Below are positions 62,700-64,000 of a stretch of DNA of 64,000 bases, one piece after another; within the stretch, counting starts at the first letter, position 1, and each line of letters begins with the position of its first letter. A program made the position numbers and the translations under genes. This DNA is from an uncultured cyanobacterium (GTDB taxonomy: Bacteria; Cyanobacteriota; Cyanobacteriia; Cyanobacteriales; CAWUOF01), in the NCBI GenBank assembly GCA_963744145.1, contig CAVUSO010000001.1, positions 5,760,001-5,824,000 of the forward strand, read 5' to 3'. Under the pieces are notes generated by a model. The model ran no database searches. It was given only the letters and a program-made list of their open reading frames with translations, and had not been told where the DNA came from.

Positions 62700-64000
62700 C
62701 CAATTTCCTACCAATACATAAGGTGCCCAGAAAGTGGGCTGTTGAAAACGGGGATTATGTAATAGTTTTTCTTGCGCTCGACGGAGTGCTTCTGCTTTGG
62801 TGACTTTAGCATCTTCTAATTCATGGTAAAATTGAGTCATTAAAGTAGCAGTTGCTTCATCACTCACACTCCAAAGAGTAGCGATCGTACTCCGGGCTCC
62901 AGCTCGAATTGCGACTCCAGCTAATCCTAGTGCTGCTCGATTGTCTCCCACCGCAGTTTTACAAGCACTTAAAACTAATAATTCAATTGGTTTACCTTCA
63001 TTTTGCTCTCGACTTCGTAATAATTCATTTAACTGATTCACATTAATCCGACTATCCCAAGTGAGAATAAAGGTGTCTTCAGCTTTAGAACTAAATTGTC
63101 CATGCGTCGCGAGATGAATGACTGGATAGGAAGCTGAGTTAATCGCATTTTGGATGGTAGTTTTGGTAAAGTTTTGATTTAAAAGTAACTTAGTCGGAAT
63201 TTCTGATTTAATTTGGTCTAGCTCGATTTTGACATAGGGTAGAGCTGAAAAACCTAATCGAGCTTCACTTAATCCTCCAGTGATAGCTTGTAAATGTCCC
63301 CGAGCTAAACCTTGAGAAGGTAGTAGTTGTAATCCTGGAGTAACAGCGATCGCATATTTTTCTAGCAAAAACTTTTTCCCATCATATAGTGCCCCCATGG
63401 GAATATTGCGAAACACTCCATCCGGGACAAAGACTAAGGTTTTGATATTCTGACTGGTTAGCTCTGCTTCAAGTGGTCGAATTAGCCAATTATATACTTT
63501 TTGACTACGAGATAATATCAGTAATTTTCCTAAATAAGGTGCTGGGAGAGTTTTTCTTAATTCATCAACCCGACTTTCAACTTCTTTTTGGGACACATTG
63601 ATACTGTAATGGCGCAGATTTTTACCTGGAAGTGACAGAATAATTTCGATGCGATCGGGTAAAATAATTGGATAAATAACGGCTGCACTTGGATCAACTT
63701 GGTCAATTTGCTTTGGTTTAGCATCTAAACAAGCTTCTCGAAAAAAGTTATCTAGTTCTGCTAGTTGGAGTGATTCAATGACACTTCGAGCTTGGATCAA
63801 ATTTTCTTGATTTTGACCCGAACCTAATTGATCTTTTCCAGAAATTTCTTTGACATTACTAATGGGGACATCTTGCAATAGTAAAGCAACTAATTCTCTA
63901 TATACAGGTTCAACACTTTCGCGAAAAGAAAATTGAATATCTGGGTTAATTGATACTAAATCGCTGCGGAGAGATTTGAGATTATTTACTGCTTCTGTAT
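62694..64000 (-). CDS. CHAT domain protein, C-terminal part (partial)
   Basis: LQLAELDNFFREAC, LVFVPDG, IHLATHGQFS, LLVLSACKTA.GD.RA.LGLAG, WAPYVLVGNW. Confidence 0.93.
   Translation of the reverse strand, partial: TEAVNNLKSLRSDLVSINPDIQFSFRESVEPVYRELVALLLQDVPISNVKEISGKDQLGSGQNQENLIQARSVIESLQLAELDNFFREACLDAKPKQIDQVDPSAAVIYPIILPDRIEIILSLPGKNLRHYSINVSQKEVESRVDELRKTLPAPYLGKLLILSRSQKVYNWLIRPLEAELTSQNIKTLVFVPDGVFRNIPMGALYDGKKFLLEKYAIAVTPGLQLLPSQGLARGHLQAITGGLSEARLGFSALPYVKIELDQIKSEIPTKLLLNQNFTKTTIQNAINSASYPVIHLATHGQFSSKAEDTFILTWDSRINVNQLNELLRSREQNEGKPIELLVLSACKTAVGDNRAALGLAGVAIRAGARSTIATLWSVSDEATATLMTQFYHELEDAKVTKAEALRRAQEKLLHNPRFQQPTFWAPYVLVGNWQ

Noticed and set aside
1..64000. tRNA/rRNA genes; HIP1 abundance as a novelty
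   Set aside because: No tRNA or rRNA recognised by eye; HIP1 over-representation is a known cyanobacterial trait

Overview
AT-rich cyanobacterial chromosome segment with dense HIP1 (GCGATCGC) sites, probably from a filamentous strain. The flanks (1-13 kb and 53-64 kb) hold ordinary genes: two rbp paralogs, SPFH/NfeD, PP2C, ftrV, PAS and Cache histidine kinases, comM, prk, lysS and a CHAT protein. At 14.5-20.5 kb an SLH porin is transcribed divergently from tauCAB-tauD, with paired operator-like sites between them. The main object is the accessory region at 24.6-52 kb. It carries two copies, 13,373 bp apart, of a divergent module: an M50 peptidase with PqqD/RRE-like N-terminal domains (followed by a PEP-CTERM gene in copy 2) facing a large protein made of a conserved leader, an S8 subtilase, a 7-bladed PLL-like lectin propeller and a variable C-terminus. 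Copy 1 ends in SH3-like plus two Amidase_6 domains and is split by two IS elements; removing them restores a 1323-aa ORF. Copy 2 ends in a CdiA-CT-like putative tRNase, Ser-rich repeats and a glycine zipper, followed by a TIGR03032 gene. Each copy is trailed by small cassettes (orphan toxin/immunity-like pairs, TA pairs, clan AA aspartyl proteases) interleaved with a HIP1-bounded 61-bp repeat, REP doublets, MITEs and short dispersed repeats. I infer a candidate cyanobacterial polymorphic toxin system with a HIP1-shuffled cassette reservoir. Family assignments come from motif recognition, not database searches. Several +1 frameshifts may be sequencing errors.
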